64,000 bases of DNA from Marsupella aquatica. Its lineage: Eukaryota; Plantae; Marchantiophyta. The translations under genes were made by a program, and so were the position numbers. The stretch is from NCBI GenBank assembly GCA_973895155.1, contig OZ316894.1:1752457-1816456 (forward strand), given 5' to 3'. Below the pieces are notes generated by a model. It had not been told where the DNA came from and searched no databases. It was given only the letters and a program-made list of their open reading frames with translations. Positions 61,700 through 64,000 of the stretch are shown one piece after another; position 1 is the stretch's first letter; every line of letters begins with the position of its first letter.

Positions 61700-64000
61700 T
61701 GAAGAAAATTCAGGTAGCACGTGGAGCAAGGAAGGGAAAAACCATAACCCTTCTGGCACCTGGGTAAGTTCAGGCCGAAGGCAGAAAAGATGGTACCCTC
61801 CATTGCAATTGTCACACAGCATCATCTGGTCAGCATCATCAATTCGCAAACACACTGGGTAGTCCGTAGGTGGAATCCAAGTAGAAGTCACAATGGTGGG
61901 ATCCAGGTTAGGCAGATGACAAGGGGCGCAGTTCTTGGCATTGTCAGCAATTATGCGCCCATCTGCCCCTTGTAACTCTAGCACTCCAGACGGTCGAATA
62001 GCTTTAACCCTGAGAATAGTACGACTAGTAGAGGTGTCCAGGGTGTCGTTAGCTTGCCGCTGCAAGTACACAAAATCTCCCACATCAAACTTCCTGACCT
62101 TGGGCTGAAAAGTGCCCCCTCGTGTGTGTGCATAACGCAGTGTGTCCCTGTGCTGTGCAATGGCCAAATTCTCCATGGCCATGGGCATAACCCTCCTGAA
62201 TAGGGCATCCCTCTCTGAGATCACATCAGACCAAGTCACAACTGAATCCAAGTCCACCACCTGAAGCATGTGAGCAGCATAGCAGAAGGTGGAACTGGGT
62301 GACGACCAAACAACAAGACGTAGGGAGAAAAGTTAGACAGTGATGCATGTCTAGACATCCTATACCCCATGGCAATGTAGGGTAAGGCCAGGTCCCAATC
62401 CTCCTTGTTTTGGTGAGGCAGATCTTCCGAAGGCCCTTCTTGCATGTCTGAACCATGCGCTCTGCCAAGCCATCTGCCTGTGGGTGATCTCGTGATGTCC
62501 GACGATGATCAATGAGGGCCTGATCAAGCAGCTCCTAGAACTCTCCTCTGAACTCTGATCCCTGGTCAGTGAGACATTCTGCACAAGCTCCAAAGCGACT
62601 GAGAACTTGTTGCAAGAATGCCTGGCTGGTGCTACGGGAGGTCTTATCCGGCAATGCCACAAGTTCTATCCACTTGGAGAAATGCTCTATCATGATCATG
62701 ATGTAGAGATTACCCCGAGATGTGAGGGGTAATTCTCCAGCCAAATCACATGACCAACGATAAAACATGCCCTGAATAGGGAGTGGATGAAGTGTGGGTT
62801 GCCGAGATGTGAAAGAAGTCCTTACCTTATCACACTGCTCACACCGGGCAATAACATCTCGAACCTGGCCATGCATGCCTCTCCAATGATAATGGGGGAC
62901 CAAGAGACTATAAGTCCTCTTAACATCAAAATGACCAAGCTCAGAATGTACCTTACGGATAAGGCCAACCCTCTCATGAATGGGTGGAACCACCACTTCC
63001 CTGTCTAGTAGGCAGCGTACAAGATGATCTCCCTTCCACAAGTAGCGCTTGGACCTTTGCTGAATTCGGTCTCTTTGGGCAACAGTAACATGGGTGGGGT
63101 ACTCCCCATGCTGCAGAAATCTCAGAGTGTCGCTGTCCTCCCATATATCCACCATAGGTTGGCCAACAATGTAGCATGGCAACAAAGCAAGATAGGTAGA
63201 TGCATGAAATGTAGGCAGGATGGAAACCTGGTCAAAATCCTGCCGTGCATCTGAGGAATCATCAGAGGTAATCAAAGGGCTACGGGACATAGTGTCAGCA
63301 TTCTGATGTATCACACCAGGCCTATGAATTACCTCAAAGTCATACTCCTGGAGTATGAGCGCCCAACAAGCAAGCTTGCCAGTAAGCTTGTCATTGGTCA
63401 TCAACCACTTCAAGGGCTGGTGGTCGGTGTAGAGGACAAACCTGGTCCCATAGAGGTAGGGCCTGTAATGGATGACAACCCACACAACAGCAAGGCATTC
63501 ACCCTCATACGAAGAATAATGACTCTCTGCCTGATTGTTGCTCCTGGATGCATAGGCAATGACGTACTCTTTACCTTCCTCATCATGCTGGCCCAGAATG
63601 GCACCAATCCCAAGGGCACTCCAATCTATGTGTAGCACAAAGACCTTGCTGAAATCAGGTCTTCTCAGCACTGGGTATTCTAAGAGCTTCTCCTTCAAAG
63701 TGGCAAATGCTGCCTCAGCATCTGTACTCCATGTCCAAGTCACATTCTTTTTCAACAAAGCATACAATGGGTGTGCAATGGTGCTGAAATCTTTGATGTA
63801 GATCCGGTAGTAATTGCACAACCCAATAAAACTCCTCAAAGTGTGAACATCGGTAGGAGTGGGCATTTCCAAGATGGATACCACCTTGGCCCAATGAGCC
63901 ATGGTTCCATTTGGAAGAATGCGGTGCCCAAGGTATACTACTGATCTGACAGCAAATTCACACTTCTTGGGGTGTATCTTTAGGTTCACCTTCTTAAGCC
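61700..64000 (-). mobile_element. Ty3/Gypsy LTR retrotransposon pol (RT C-terminus, RNase H, integrase, PHD finger), frameshifted; continues beyond the window
   Basis: KKCEF...YLGH, LRSFIGLCNYYR, DWS..GIGAILGQ, IAYASR, YEGECLAVVW, YTDHQPL, integrase HSELGHF...CEQC, CDLAG, CLTDQGSEF, MAERMVQT, FSPY.LLFGR, then a C-terminal PHD-like motif. RT-RH-INT order is the Gypsy order. Several frameshifts occur below 62540. Confidence 0.95.

Overview
Eukaryotic, intron-rich land-plant DNA; a bryophyte, possibly a liverwort, is my inference from the gene and transposon content. Three host genes splice into complete reading frames: an EXO70A exocyst subunit (12 exons, - strand), an RWD-domain/GIR2-like protein (11 coding exons, +) and a CYP85-clan cytochrome P450 (9 exons, -). 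There is also a disabled NLR-like STAND gene with a helical N-terminus, NB-ARC, ARM and TPR repeats and no LRR. The rest is layered transposon material. The most notable item is an 8.6-kb Kolobok-type DNA transposon (18342-26912) with TTAA target duplication and 23-bp TIRs. It carries a 6-exon DDE transposase with a SAP/Rho-N-like insert and a convergent, intact KolX-like ORF, and it sits inside a satellite-bearing Helitron-like element. Also present are a CRE-like RLE non-LTR fragment, an L1 zf-RVT fragment, a Ty3/Gypsy pol ending in a PHD finger, and an LTR-like 3.75-kb segment holding one long decayed accessory ORF. All family assignments come from reading motifs by eye; no searches were run.
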